Below, in pieces: positions 18,689 to 26,152 of a stretch of DNA of 32,000 bases. This stretch comes from Cuniculiplasma divulgatum. GTDB lineage: Archaea > Thermoplasmatota > Thermoplasmata > Thermoplasmatales > Thermoplasmataceae. How positions within the stretch are numbered: position 1 is the first letter of the stretch; each line of letters begins with the position of its first letter. Made by a program: the position numbers and the translations under genes. The stretch lies in the NCBI RefSeq assembly GCF_900083515.1, contig NZ_LT671858.1, positions 1,290,001 through 1,322,000 on the forward strand, written 5' to 3'. The notes under the pieces are model-generated. The model saw only the letters and a program-made list of their open reading frames with translations. It was not told the DNA's origin and ran no database searches.

Positions 18689-19030
18689 ATGTCTATAATG
18701 GATTTCTTCAAGACACCTCAAAATTTAAAAGAACTATCTCCAGAGGAGGTAAAAACTAAATTAAATGAAGGGAATGCTAAAATTATAGATGTCAGAACTA
18801 AAAGAGAATATGAGGCGGGCCATATAAAGGAAGCAACCTTGATACCACTAAGTAAAATAAAGAAAAAAACTAAGGATCTTTCCTTTGACGAAGAATATAT
18901 TCTGATCTGTGCAACAGGACACAGAAGTAGAGCTGCTGGAGCCACTCTCTTAAGAAATGGGTTTAAAAATGTGTCTCATTTGAAGGGAGGAATGGGAGCA
19001 TGGAAAAAAATGGAAAAGCAGGAAAAGTAA
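18689..19030 (+). CDS. Single-domain rhodanese (sulfurtransferase)
   Basis: Active-site loop CATGHRSRAAG (CxxxxxR) and IIDVRTKREYEAGHI. ATG 18689 is preferred over TTG 18680. Confidence 0.85.
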   Translation: MSIMDFFKTPQNLKELSPEEVKTKLNEGNAKIIDVRTKREYEAGHIKEATLIPLSKIKKKTKDLSFDEEYILICATGHRSRAAGATLLRNGFKNVSHLKGGMGAWKKMEKQEK

Positions 19031-19031
19031 T

Positions 19032-19637
19032 CTACTCAATCTTTTGAGTGAATGAACAACGAATAAATTCTTTGTCTTTTTTGATATTAAAATTAAGGTT
19101 TAATTCGCTTCCAATTTCTTTAAATTTTTCCTCACTCATTGTATGACTATTTGCGATTCTTTTATAGAATGTTTTCTGAGGCTGAAGTTCATAAATGTTT
19201 ATATGTCCTTGCTGTTTTAGAAATTGCATAAGGTAAATAATGGATTCATTCCTCTGTTTCCAGTGATGAAAACTCATACTTACGTAAATCATATCAAACT
19301 TGGAATCTGTTGGTATCATTCTGCTACTTCCCTGCTTGAAATTAATTTTTTCTGTTGACCCTTTTTTCCTAGCTTTTGATGCTGCAATTTTTATCATATC
19401 CGGTGACGGGTCAATACCTAGATATGTTGCTGAAGGGTTTAAATTCCATAGAGATATAAGCATATTACCCGTTCCGCAGCCCACATCCATTGCATTTGAA
19501 ATTTTATAAGATAGAAGATCATTTAAAACAAATTTATTATACCTCCTAAAGACAGGAATTACCTTGGATATGTTATAGAAATGAGATGATATCGCTCCAA
19601 ACTTTTCTTCCCCTTCAACGTAGAAGTCATCACTCAT
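19032..19637 (-). CDS. Class I SAM-dependent methyltransferase (UbiE/COQ5-like)
   Basis: Motif I MDVGCGTGNMLISL, plus downstream FDMIYVSMSFHHW. Confidence 0.8.
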   Translation of the reverse strand: MSDDFYVEGEEKFGAISSHFYNISKVIPVFRRYNKFVLNDLLSYKISNAMDVGCGTGNMLISLWNLNPSATYLGIDPSPDMIKIAASKARKKGSTEKINFKQGSSRMIPTDSKFDMIYVSMSFHHWKQRNESIIYLMQFLKQQGHINIYELQPQKTFYKRIANSHTMSEEKFKEIGSELNLNFNIKKDKEFIRCSFTQKIE

Positions 19638-19867
19638 ACTAGGTTATTTTTTAAGTATTGAATAAGATTTCTATTTTTTTCTATAATTTTTTAATATTTA
19701 ATTATTTTCAGTTAAATGGGAACAAAGTCAAATGAGTTTTCTCTATAAATTAAAATTAAATATTACCTGAACCCATCATTTCATAACAATCTCAATAAAA
19801 ACCCTGGTTTTGGAAATTTAATGGGCATACCAACAGTTTTTCTTTAATTTTAACTTTAATTTTCTTA

Positions 19868-19941
19868 CGGGCCTGCCGGGATTTGAACCCGGGTCCTCGG
19901 CTTCGAAGGCCATTAGGATATCCTAGCTACCCCACAAGCCC
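19868..19941 (-). tRNA. tRNA-Arg (anticodon TCG)
   Basis: The only GC-rich island in an AT-rich spacer. The reverse complement GGGCTTG...CAGGCCC-G folds into a cloverleaf. It has a 7-bp acceptor stem, a T arm CCGGG-TTCAAAT-CCCGG and an anticodon loop CTTCGAA (anticodon TCG). No encoded CCA. One A-A mismatch sits at the top of the anticodon stem. Confidence 0.85.
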
Positions 19942-19995
19942 TTTTCATAATTGTTTCATTAATCAATATCTTTATGATTGCTCCTGTTGTCTGAA

Positions 19996-20007
19996 TAACA
20001 AATTCAG
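19996..20007. repeat. 12-mer TAACAAATTCAG, copy 1 (also part of hairpin CTGAAT-AACAA-ATTCAG, 19991-20007)
   Basis: Exact 12-nt match to 20109-20120. Confidence 0.6.
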
Positions 20008-20108
20008 TCGTTTCATCATGGGATCAAAATAGGCACAGTTTATAATTCCCATACTGGGAAGCAATAAATATAATGAAAAATTGAAAACATTAATAACATG
20101 AATTGATT

Positions 20109-20120
20109 TAACAAATTCAG
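20109..20120. repeat. 12-mer TAACAAATTCAG, copy 2, ending 2 nt before the csl4 ATG
   Basis: Exact 12-nt match to 19996-20007. Confidence 0.6.
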
Positions 20121-20122
20121 AA

Positions 20123-20710
20123 ATGATTGGTATGGGAGAAGAAAAGACTACTTATGTTATTCCTGGAGATGTTCTGGCCTATTCAGAAGAATATTTACCT
20201 GGAAAAAACACACTTGAGGAAAACTCAAGAATAATTTCTGCTACCTCTGGAGAAGTTAAGAAGAATGATAAAGAGCTTGTTGCCAGCGTAGATAATGGAA
20301 TAAAGAGAATTCTACCGAGGATTGAAGATATTGTCTATGGTAAAATAATGAAAAATGATTCAAGACAGGTTTCAATCCAGATTGTGGGAATAGAACAAAA
20401 TGGAATACTTGAAAATTATATGGCAGACGGATACATCAGAAACATGCAGGACTACAAAAAGGAAGATAGAAGAGCTCAGACCGTTCATATAGGAGATCTA
20501 ATAAGAGGAAAAGTGATCAGGGTAGGTCAAAACCTAGAAATAACCCTAAATGGAAACAGACTTGGTGTTCTTAAATCTAGATGCTCGAGATGCAGAGAAG
20601 TGCTTGTACTTAAAAACGGCGTTCTTTTCTGTGAAAACTGCAACAGGAGCGAAATGCGAAAAATAGCTCCTGATTATGGATCGCCTGAATTTGGGGAGAT
20701 GAAAAAATGA
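20123..20710 (+). CDS. csl4: Exosome complex RNA-binding subunit Csl4
   Basis: N-terminal VIPGDVLAYSEEYLPGKNT, a central S1-like segment (DIVYGKIMK...) and a C-terminal zinc ribbon CSRC...CENC. This is the Csl4 domain order. Confidence 0.88.
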   Translation: MIGMGEEKTTYVIPGDVLAYSEEYLPGKNTLEENSRIISATSGEVKKNDKELVASVDNGIKRILPRIEDIVYGKIMKNDSRQVSIQIVGIEQNGILENYMADGYIRNMQDYKKEDRRAQTVHIGDLIRGKVIRVGQNLEITLNGNRLGVLKSRCSRCREVLVLKNGVLFCENCNRSEMRKIAPDYGSPEFGEMKK

Positions 20711-20859
20711 AAGGAGAAACCAACATAAAGGATATCGAAAAACTAAACAAGGATATTGTGAGTTTGAGGAAGGAGGTTGACGACATGAAAGACGTCATTA
20801 GGGGACTAATACAGTTCATAATGAGGAAGGAAGATATTGACAGCGAGGAATATAACTGA
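20707..20859 (+). CDS. Candidate small protein (50 aa, charged, predicted helical/coiled-coil); not in the supplied ORF track
   Basis: The open frame fills the whole csl4-Sm gap. Its ATG overlaps the csl4 stop (ATGA at 20707-20710) and its stop lies 3 nt before the Sm-protein ATG. Translation: MKGETNIKDIEKLNKDIVSLRKEVDDMKDVIRGLIQFIMRKEDIDSEEYN. An internal GGAGGT-N7-ATG at Met27 allows a shorter 24-aa product. Confidence 0.42.
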   Translation: MKGETNIKDIEKLNKDIVSLRKEVDDMKDVIRGLIQFIMRKEDIDSEEYN

Positions 20860-20862
20860 GGG

Positions 20863-21084
20863 ATGAAAATGATAGTACCGATGAAAATATTGGAAGAGAA
20901 TTTGAACAAAAAAGTATCGTTATTGCTAAAGGATAACAGGACATTGGAAGGCGTATTGACAGGATACGACGAGTACATGAATATGGTCATGGGGTCGGTT
21001 GAGGAAACAGGAGAAGAACTTAACAGAAAACTTGGAACAGTAATAATCAGGGGAAGCAACGTAGTAAGAATTGTACCAATTTAA
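20863..21084 (+). CDS. lsm: Sm-like archaeal protein (LSm/SmAP)
   Basis: Sm1/Sm2 pattern VSLLLKDNRTLEGVLTGYDEYMNMVM ... GTVIIRGSNVVRI. Confidence 0.92.
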   Translation: MKMIVPMKILEENLNKKVSLLLKDNRTLEGVLTGYDEYMNMVMGSVEETGEELNRKLGTVIIRGSNVVRIVPI

Positions 21085-21135
21085 TAAAACACCTCAATAA
21101 AAATAAATTTAATTATTAATTATTAATCATGCAAT

Positions 21136-21453
21136 ATGCCTTCGGTTAAAAGGAAAGATCCAAATAAAATTATAGCTCAAAGAAGAGAGAGCAATAACTT
21201 GAGGAATATTCCAGATATTCTAATACCGATTTGGCAGATTAAAATAAGAGAAAGATTTGGGATTGATGTAGATAGGGAGATAGCCAGATATATAGTCCTT
21301 GCCGCTCATGAAGAGGGAACATGGAAAAAGCAAAGGGCCATACGAAAGATTGAGGATATATTACGATCAAGAGGCATGTCAAGAGAGACTTCAAAGAAAG
21401 TTGCCGTTGATGTAATCAAGATGGCGATTGGCGGAAAGAGCAGGGAAGATTGA
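21136..21453 (+). CDS. Hypothetical basic protein, 105 aa, no recognisable motif and no cysteines
   Basis: ORF preceded by a (TTAATTA)n TATA-like tract 10-30 nt upstream. Its stop overlaps the TTG start of the downstream methyltransferase (ATTGA at 21449-21453). Confidence 0.6.
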   Translation: MPSVKRKDPNKIIAQRRESNNLRNIPDILIPIWQIKIRERFGIDVDREIARYIVLAAHEEGTWKKQRAIRKIEDILRSRGMSRETSKKVAVDVIKMAIGGKSRED

Positions 21454-22052
21454 AACTTTCTAAAAAGGATTTGGAAATACGATTATCAAAACTGCAGCCA
21501 ATAAGTAACCCAAAGAATGAACTTGAGCAGTATTCAACCGATTCTGTGCTAGCTTCAGAGATTTTAAACCTTGCATTCATAAACGGAAACATAAAGGAAA
21601 GAACAGTTATGGACGCTGGCAGTGGCAACGGGATCTTTTCATATGGTTCTATTTATTTTGGTGCAAGATTGGTTACTGCACTGGAAATTGATAAAGATCA
21701 GGAGGGAGTACTTCATAAAAACCTAAGCGGTTTCAAAAATGTTGAAATATTAACTGATGATATAAGGAATATAAATGGCCACTGGGACACAGTGTTTTGT
21801 AACACACCTTTTGGCTCGGTTATAAGAGATTCGGATCTACCCTTCCTTGAGAAAATATTCAAAATTGGTGATTTCATTTATCTAATTCATAACTGGAAAG
21901 TGAAAGATTTCGTTCTTAATTTCCTGAAGGGGCGTGCAACAGTTCTTTCGTACAGCAGAAAGAAACTTATCATTCCTAGAACATACAGCCACCACGAAAA
22001 AGATCGGGTATCTATTGATGTTTTGTTCTTATATGCAAAAAGGCTGGAATAG
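21450..22052 (+). CDS. METTL5-type (COG2263-like) N6-adenine RNA methyltransferase
   Basis: Aligns by eye end-to-end with human METTL5. KKDLEIRLSKLQ matches LKELESRLQQV, and LEQYST matches LEQYPT. Motif I is DAGSGNG. DTVFCNTPFG matches DTVIMNPPFG, and HHEKDRVSIDVLFL matches FHKKKSVDIEVDLI. TTG start. Confidence 0.85.
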   Translation: MKLSKKDLEIRLSKLQPISNPKNELEQYSTDSVLASEILNLAFINGNIKERTVMDAGSGNGIFSYGSIYFGARLVTALEIDKDQEGVLHKNLSGFKNVEILTDDIRNINGHWDTVFCNTPFGSVIRDSDLPFLEKIFKIGDFIYLIHNWKVKDFVLNFLKGRATVLSYSRKKLIIPRTYSHHEKDRVSIDVLFLYAKRLE

Positions 22053-22060
22053 AGGAAGTC

Positions 22061-22192
22061 TCAAACCTTTTCAAGTTTCTTATAATCATTGAATGTCTTT
22101 CCCTTATCTGACATGTATTTCTTGGTTACATCTACCCATACATAGAAACAACCATCAAATATGCCTTCCTCTTCCTGTTTAATTTCACTCAT
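22061..22192 (-). CDS. Candidate small protein (43 aa); not in the supplied ORF track
   Basis: Its ATG overlaps the stop of the upstream dienelactone hydrolase gene (ATGA, 22189-22192). Translation: MSEIKQEEEGIFDGCFYVWVDVTKKYMSDKGKTFNDYKKLEKV. There is no other support. Confidence 0.32.
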   Translation of the reverse strand: MSEIKQEEEGIFDGCFYVWVDVTKKYMSDKGKTFNDYKKLEKV

Positions 22193-22980
22193 TTCATATA
22201 CCTCCTGTAGAAATATTTCACTTTTTCCCATGCATCTTCTGATGCCTCCTTATTATAACTCATTCCAGTGTCGTTGAAAAAGGCATGATAGGTACCAGGG
22301 TAAAGCTTCATTTCGAAATCGGTCTTGTATTTTACAACTCTTTCCATGACCTGAGGCAGAGTTGCATTTATACCACTGTCCTCGCCTGCATAGATTCCAA
22401 ACACAGCTCCCTTTATGTGTTCCATTTCATCCAGATTTCTTGGACTTGCACCATAGAATATAACTGAAGCTTCGAATGCTTTTGATGTTGAAAGCTGAAA
22501 GGCAAGACCCCCGCCCATGCAGAACCCAATTATTCCTTTCTTACTAACACCTTTCATCTCCTGTTCGTATAATTTGGAAAGATCGGAAAGCATTCTCTTT
22601 TCCATTAGCTCTCTTTTTTCTGAGACAAACTCAAAAATCTGTTTTCCAACTGGAGACAATTTTCCCATTACCTCTTTTATTGCCTCAGGATCTCTTCTTT
22701 TTTCTGGAGGAAGCGACCACATAGGACGCATGGCATCCATTATGTTCTCTTCGGTAAATACCTTCTTGTCTTCTGGTCTTGAATATAAGTCAGGTGCAAT
22801 AACGTCGTATCCTTCCATTGCCAGTTTCCTGCTAAAAGATTTAATAAATGCTGTGAGTCCCCATATCTCCGAGACTACCATTATTTTTCCCCTGCTTCCT
22901 TCCGACTTAATTTCTAGGTAATCTAACTTCAGATCATTTTCAATACTGAACTTTTTCATAGACTCTGTTAATTCCGCCAT
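22189..22980 (-). CDS. Dienelactone hydrolase family protein (carboxymethylenebutenolidase-like)
   Basis: Nucleophile elbow GFCMGGGLA and C-terminal PGTYHAFFN (His), with the DLH fold length. TTTTTATA lies about 25 nt upstream of the ATG, which suggests a leaderless mRNA. Confidence 0.84.
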   Translation of the reverse strand: MAELTESMKKFSIENDLKLDYLEIKSEGSRGKIMVVSEIWGLTAFIKSFSRKLAMEGYDVIAPDLYSRPEDKKVFTEENIMDAMRPMWSLPPEKRRDPEAIKEVMGKLSPVGKQIFEFVSEKRELMEKRMLSDLSKLYEQEMKGVSKKGIIGFCMGGGLAFQLSTSKAFEASVIFYGASPRNLDEMEHIKGAVFGIYAGEDSGINATLPQVMERVVKYKTDFEMKLYPGTYHAFFNDTGMSYNKEASEDAWEKVKYFYRRYMK

Positions 22981-23009
22981 ACTCTGTAATGCTAAAAATT
23001 GTATAAAAA
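22981..23009 (-). promoter_or_regulatory. TATA box TTTTTATA (23002-23009) about 25 nt upstream of the dienelactone hydrolase ATG (leaderless-type promoter)
   Basis: Minus strand reads TTTTTTATACAATTTTTAGCATTACAGAGTATG. Confidence 0.35.
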
Positions 23010-23022
23010 ATTATGTTTCCTT

Positions 23023-23940
23023 TTAATTGCTTAAAAGGTAAACAATTGCTGCTTTTGCACTATGCAGCCTGTTTTCAGCTTCCTGGAAAATTACACTGTT
23101 GATGCTATCTGCGACTTCGTCTGTTACTTCAAGTCCCCTGTGAGCAGGAAGACAGTGCATAAAAATGTAATCTTTTTTTGCATTTTTTACAAGTTCACTG
23201 TTAACCTGAAATGGCCTAAGATCCTTTTCCTTTTCTTCCCTTTGCTTTTCCTCTCCCATTGAAACCCATACATCTGTATATATTATATCCGCAGATTCCA
23301 CTGCTTCCCCAGGTTTATCGGTCAATGTAACAGTACTGCCAGTTTCCCTTGCTATTTTTTTTGCCTTTTCTATGAATGACTGATCAGGCATATGATTTTT
23401 AGGAGTGCCTATGGAAATATCCATTCCAGTCATTGCGCAGGTAAGCACTAGTGAATTTACCATATTGTTCCCATCACCAACGTATGAAAACTTCTTTCCC
23501 TGAAATTCTCCTTTCTTTTCGGCTATGGTCATAAAATCTGCTATCATCTGAAGTGGATGTTCCTGGTTGTCTAATGCATTGATTACAGGAACCGAAGAGT
23601 ATTTTGCAAGTTTAACCACGTTTTCATGACTGAAAGCTCTGTAAGTAATGATATCAAGCATTCCTGATAGAACTCGTGAAGTGTCTTCTACCGTTTCACC
23701 TCTGCCCATTTGCATATCTGAGGGGTTTAGGTAAAGTGCATTTCCCCCAAGTTGGTACATTGCTGTTTCAAGAGAAACTCTAGTTCTTGTACTTGATTTT
23801 TCGAATATCATCCCCATGGATCGGCCTTCAACCAATGGGCTGGTCTGGTATCTTGATCTCTTGAACTTTAACCCCATATTTACTATCTCGCTAAAGTCAT
23901 TCCTGATATCAAGAATCGATACCAAATCTTTTTTAATCAT
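23023..23940 (-). CDS. argF: Ornithine carbamoyltransferase
   Basis: FEKSSTRTRVS (carbamoyl-phosphate site), HPLQMIAD, DGNNMVNS and HCLPAHRG. ATG 23940 is preceded by GGAGTGATCC. The GTG at 23949 in the track overlaps the sucD stop. Confidence 0.93.
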   Translation of the reverse strand: MIKKDLVSILDIRNDFSEIVNMGLKFKRSRYQTSPLVEGRSMGMIFEKSSTRTRVSLETAMYQLGGNALYLNPSDMQMGRGETVEDTSRVLSGMLDIITYRAFSHENVVKLAKYSSVPVINALDNQEHPLQMIADFMTIAEKKGEFQGKKFSYVGDGNNMVNSLVLTCAMTGMDISIGTPKNHMPDQSFIEKAKKIARETGSTVTLTDKPGEAVESADIIYTDVWVSMGEEKQREEKEKDLRPFQVNSELVKNAKKDYIFMHCLPAHRGLEVTDEVADSINSVIFQEAENRLHSAKAAIVYLLSN

Positions 23941-23945
23941 AGGGA

Positions 23946-24803
23946 TCACTCCAGAAGTGATGGTACATCTGTTGGGTACTCGGCAACCTTTACTCCAGCT
24001 GCATTGAAAGCTTTAATCTTAGATTCTGCAGTTCCAACTCCCTTTTCTATAATGGCTCCTGCATGACCCATTCTCTTTCCTGGTGGTGCACTTCTTCCTG
24101 TTATGTATGCCACAACCTTCTTTGTGATGTGCTTTTTTATATACTGGGCTGCAAGCTCTTCATTACTGCCACCTATTTCACCCACAAGAACGATTTTTTC
24201 AGTGTCTGGGTCCTTTTCATACTGCTTCAGTATATCTATGTAGTTAAGACCTACTACAGGATCTCCACCAAGCCCTATGACTGTGCTTTCTCCCATACCA
24301 CTCTTTGTAACAGCATCAACAATTTCATAGGTTAGTGTTCCACTTCTTGACGCTATTCCAATGTTACCTTTTCTGAATATTTTATTTGGCATGATTCCAA
24401 TTTTGCATTTACCAACGGCTGTGATTCCAGGTCCATTTGGTCCTATTACAACTGCACCCTTTCTCCTTGCATTGTGCACTATTTCCATTGAGTCGTGGAA
24501 TGGCACATGTTCTGTTAGTATGTAAATGAAATTGATCCCTGAGTCGATTGCCTCGAAAGCCGCATCCTTTACAAAAGGGGCAGGCACGCTGATCATGGTA
24601 GCATCTGGCTTAAATTCCATTGCATCCCTGACTGAGCCAACTATGGGAACCCTGTCCATGAACTTAGTTCCAGCCTTTCCGGGGGAAACGCCAGCAACTA
24701 CCTTTGTTCCAAATGCAAGCATTTCTCCAGCATGAAATGCACCCTGATGCCCTGTTATTCCCTGAACAATTACTTTTGTATTCTCATCAACATAAACGCT
24801 CAT
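23946..24803 (-). CDS. sucD: Succinyl-CoA synthetase alpha subunit
   Basis: VIVQGITGHQG, SRSGTLTYE, and GHAGAI (phosphohistidine loop). Confidence 0.95.
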   Translation of the reverse strand: MSVYVDENTKVIVQGITGHQGAFHAGEMLAFGTKVVAGVSPGKAGTKFMDRVPIVGSVRDAMEFKPDATMISVPAPFVKDAAFEAIDSGINFIYILTEHVPFHDSMEIVHNARRKGAVVIGPNGPGITAVGKCKIGIMPNKIFRKGNIGIASRSGTLTYEIVDAVTKSGMGESTVIGLGGDPVVGLNYIDILKQYEKDPDTEKIVLVGEIGGSNEELAAQYIKKHITKKVVAYITGRSAPPGKRMGHAGAIIEKGVGTAESKIKAFNAAGVKVAEYPTDVPSLLE

Positions 24804-24804
24804 T

Positions 24805-25911
24805 TTAATTACCTCCTGCTAACTTTACAACTCTCTCTATTGCTTCCATCATTGTGGGGAATGAATCTATATTACTATCCTTTAGTATTTTCCGTCCTTC
24901 ATCATCCCTTACACCACTCAATCTAACAACAATTGGCTGTGTTATTGAGAGCTTATTCTTTGCCATTACTATACCATTTGCCACTGTGTCACATTTAGTG
25001 ACCCCACCAAATATATTGACCAGTATTGCCTTTGGTTTCGCCTTAAGCACAAGATCGAAGGCATTTGCAACTATATCTGAATTATCCGTTCCTCCGAGAT
25101 CAAGGAAATTTCTTGGTTTTCCCTTGTGAAGAGTTAATGCATCAAGAGTTGCCATTGTTAATCCGGCTCCGTTTGCAATTACTCCAATATTCCCATCAAG
25201 TTCAATAAACGCATAGCCTTTCTGGGAAGCTTCTAATTCCAGTGGTGTCTTCTCTGGATCAACTACTTCAAACTCCTTGTGCCTGTATACTGAATCACTG
25301 TCAACAACAACCTTCGAGTCTGCAGCTATAAGCTTTCCTTCTTCGGTTATGACGAGAGGATTTATTTCTACCAGTTCACAATCTTCTTCGACCCATATTT
25401 TATAAAGTGTTTTCAAAATAGACATAAACTGTTTAGCTATATCAGGATCCAGTTTCATGAACGCTACAGCTTCTCTTCCTATGAAATCAGAATATCCAAG
25501 AATTGGGTCTATATGTCTTGTATAAAGTTGATCGTGAGGGATTGATTCAATCTCTACTCCTCCCTGAGTTGTAGCAATAAGAATTGGCTCTTTTTCTGTT
25601 CTATCCAGAGCAATACTTACATACATCTCCTTTTTGATGTGAATCATTTCTTCAATCAGAACCTTTGTTACTGTTAGACCTCTAATTTTAGCTCCAAGTA
25701 ACTCTTTTACACCATCGTTAAGTTCCTGCTGGGACTTGGCAAATTTTATTCCTCCAGATTTGCCTCTTCCTCCAAGAAGGATCTGAGACTTGACCACCAC
25801 GGGTTTTTCAAAATTTCTAATGTCTGACTCTTTTTCAACAAGATAGCTTTCCGGTACTGGAATACCGTACTTCCTAAAAATCTGTTTTCCCATATACTCG
25901 TAAAGATTCAT
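24805..25911 (-). CDS. sucC: Succinyl-CoA synthetase beta subunit (ATP-grasp)
   Basis: MNLYEYMGKQIFRKYGIPVP, VVVKSQILLGGRGKSGGI, and NIFGGVTKCD. Confidence 0.95.
   Translation of the reverse strand: MNLYEYMGKQIFRKYGIPVPESYLVEKESDIRNFEKPVVVKSQILLGGRGKSGGIKFAKSQQELNDGVKELLGAKIRGLTVTKVLIEEMIHIKKEMYVSIALDRTEKEPILIATTQGGVEIESIPHDQLYTRHIDPILGYSDFIGREAVAFMKLDPDIAKQFMSILKTLYKIWVEEDCELVEINPLVITEEGKLIAADSKVVVDSDSVYRHKEFEVVDPEKTPLELEASQKGYAFIELDGNIGVIANGAGLTMATLDALTLHKGKPRNFLDLGGTDNSDIVANAFDLVLKAKPKAILVNIFGGVTKCDTVANGIVMAKNKLSITQPIVVRLSGVRDDEGRKILKDSNIDSFPTMMEAIERVVKLAGGN
24811..24816 (-). promoter_or_regulatory. Shine-Dalgarno GGAGGT for sucD, embedded in the last codons of sucC
   Basis: Minus strand GCAGGAGGTAATTAAAATG, with 7 nt between the SD and the ATG. 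Confidence 0.5.
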
Positions 25912-26132
25912 ATTTTACCGTAAGGCAATTACATAAAAGGATAAATAATATTTTACATTATATTAACTTCTTAAGTCTACCTGATTTTGGTTACCTTTTG
26001 AGTTTAATTATTGTAAATTACGGATCATGGATAAGTGACAAAACGAGTTTAAATTCGTAAAATTTATGATCGGTAAAAATGTTAGAATTTTTTTTAAATC
26101 TGAGAACAAAAGAGTGTAAATATTAATAGGTG

Positions 26133-26150
26133 AAATTTAAAAATCAAAAG
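26133..26150 (-). terminator. Oligo-T tract immediately after the thermosome stop (candidate archaeal terminator)
   Basis: Minus strand after TAA reads TGCTTTTGATTTTTAAATTT. Archaeal termination typically uses T-runs. Confidence 0.3.
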
Positions 26151-26152
26151 CA

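Noticed and set aside
19638-19867. 230-bp very AT-rich spacer next to the tRNA as a replication origin or integration scar
   Set aside because: No repeated ORB-like elements, no cdc6/orc1 gene, no integrase, and no direct repeat of the tRNA 3' end were found. It is more simply the methyltransferase promoter region.
19942-20020. Possible C/D box sRNA on the minus strand (ATGATGA at 20013-20019 followed by CTGA)
   Set aside because: The CTGA is only 5 nt after the C-box-like heptamer. There is no C' box and no terminal D box, so the spacing is incompatible with a guide RNA.
20610-21059. 149-aa ORF on the minus strand spanning the csl4 end, the small ORF and the Sm gene
   Set aside because: It is antisense to three tightly coupled plus-strand genes with clear homology. 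Its Ser/Phe/Ile-rich composition looks like a shadow ORF.
19787-21100. 11-mer CTCAATAAAAA present at 19787-19797 and 21090-21100
   Set aside because: It is an A-rich word in an AT-rich genome. The copies are 1.3 kb apart with no shared context, so this is likely chance.
21109-21127. Tandem heptamer TTAATTA x2.7
   Set aside because: It lies 10-30 nt upstream of the 105-aa ORF and is most simply a TATA-like promoter tract, not a functional repeat array.
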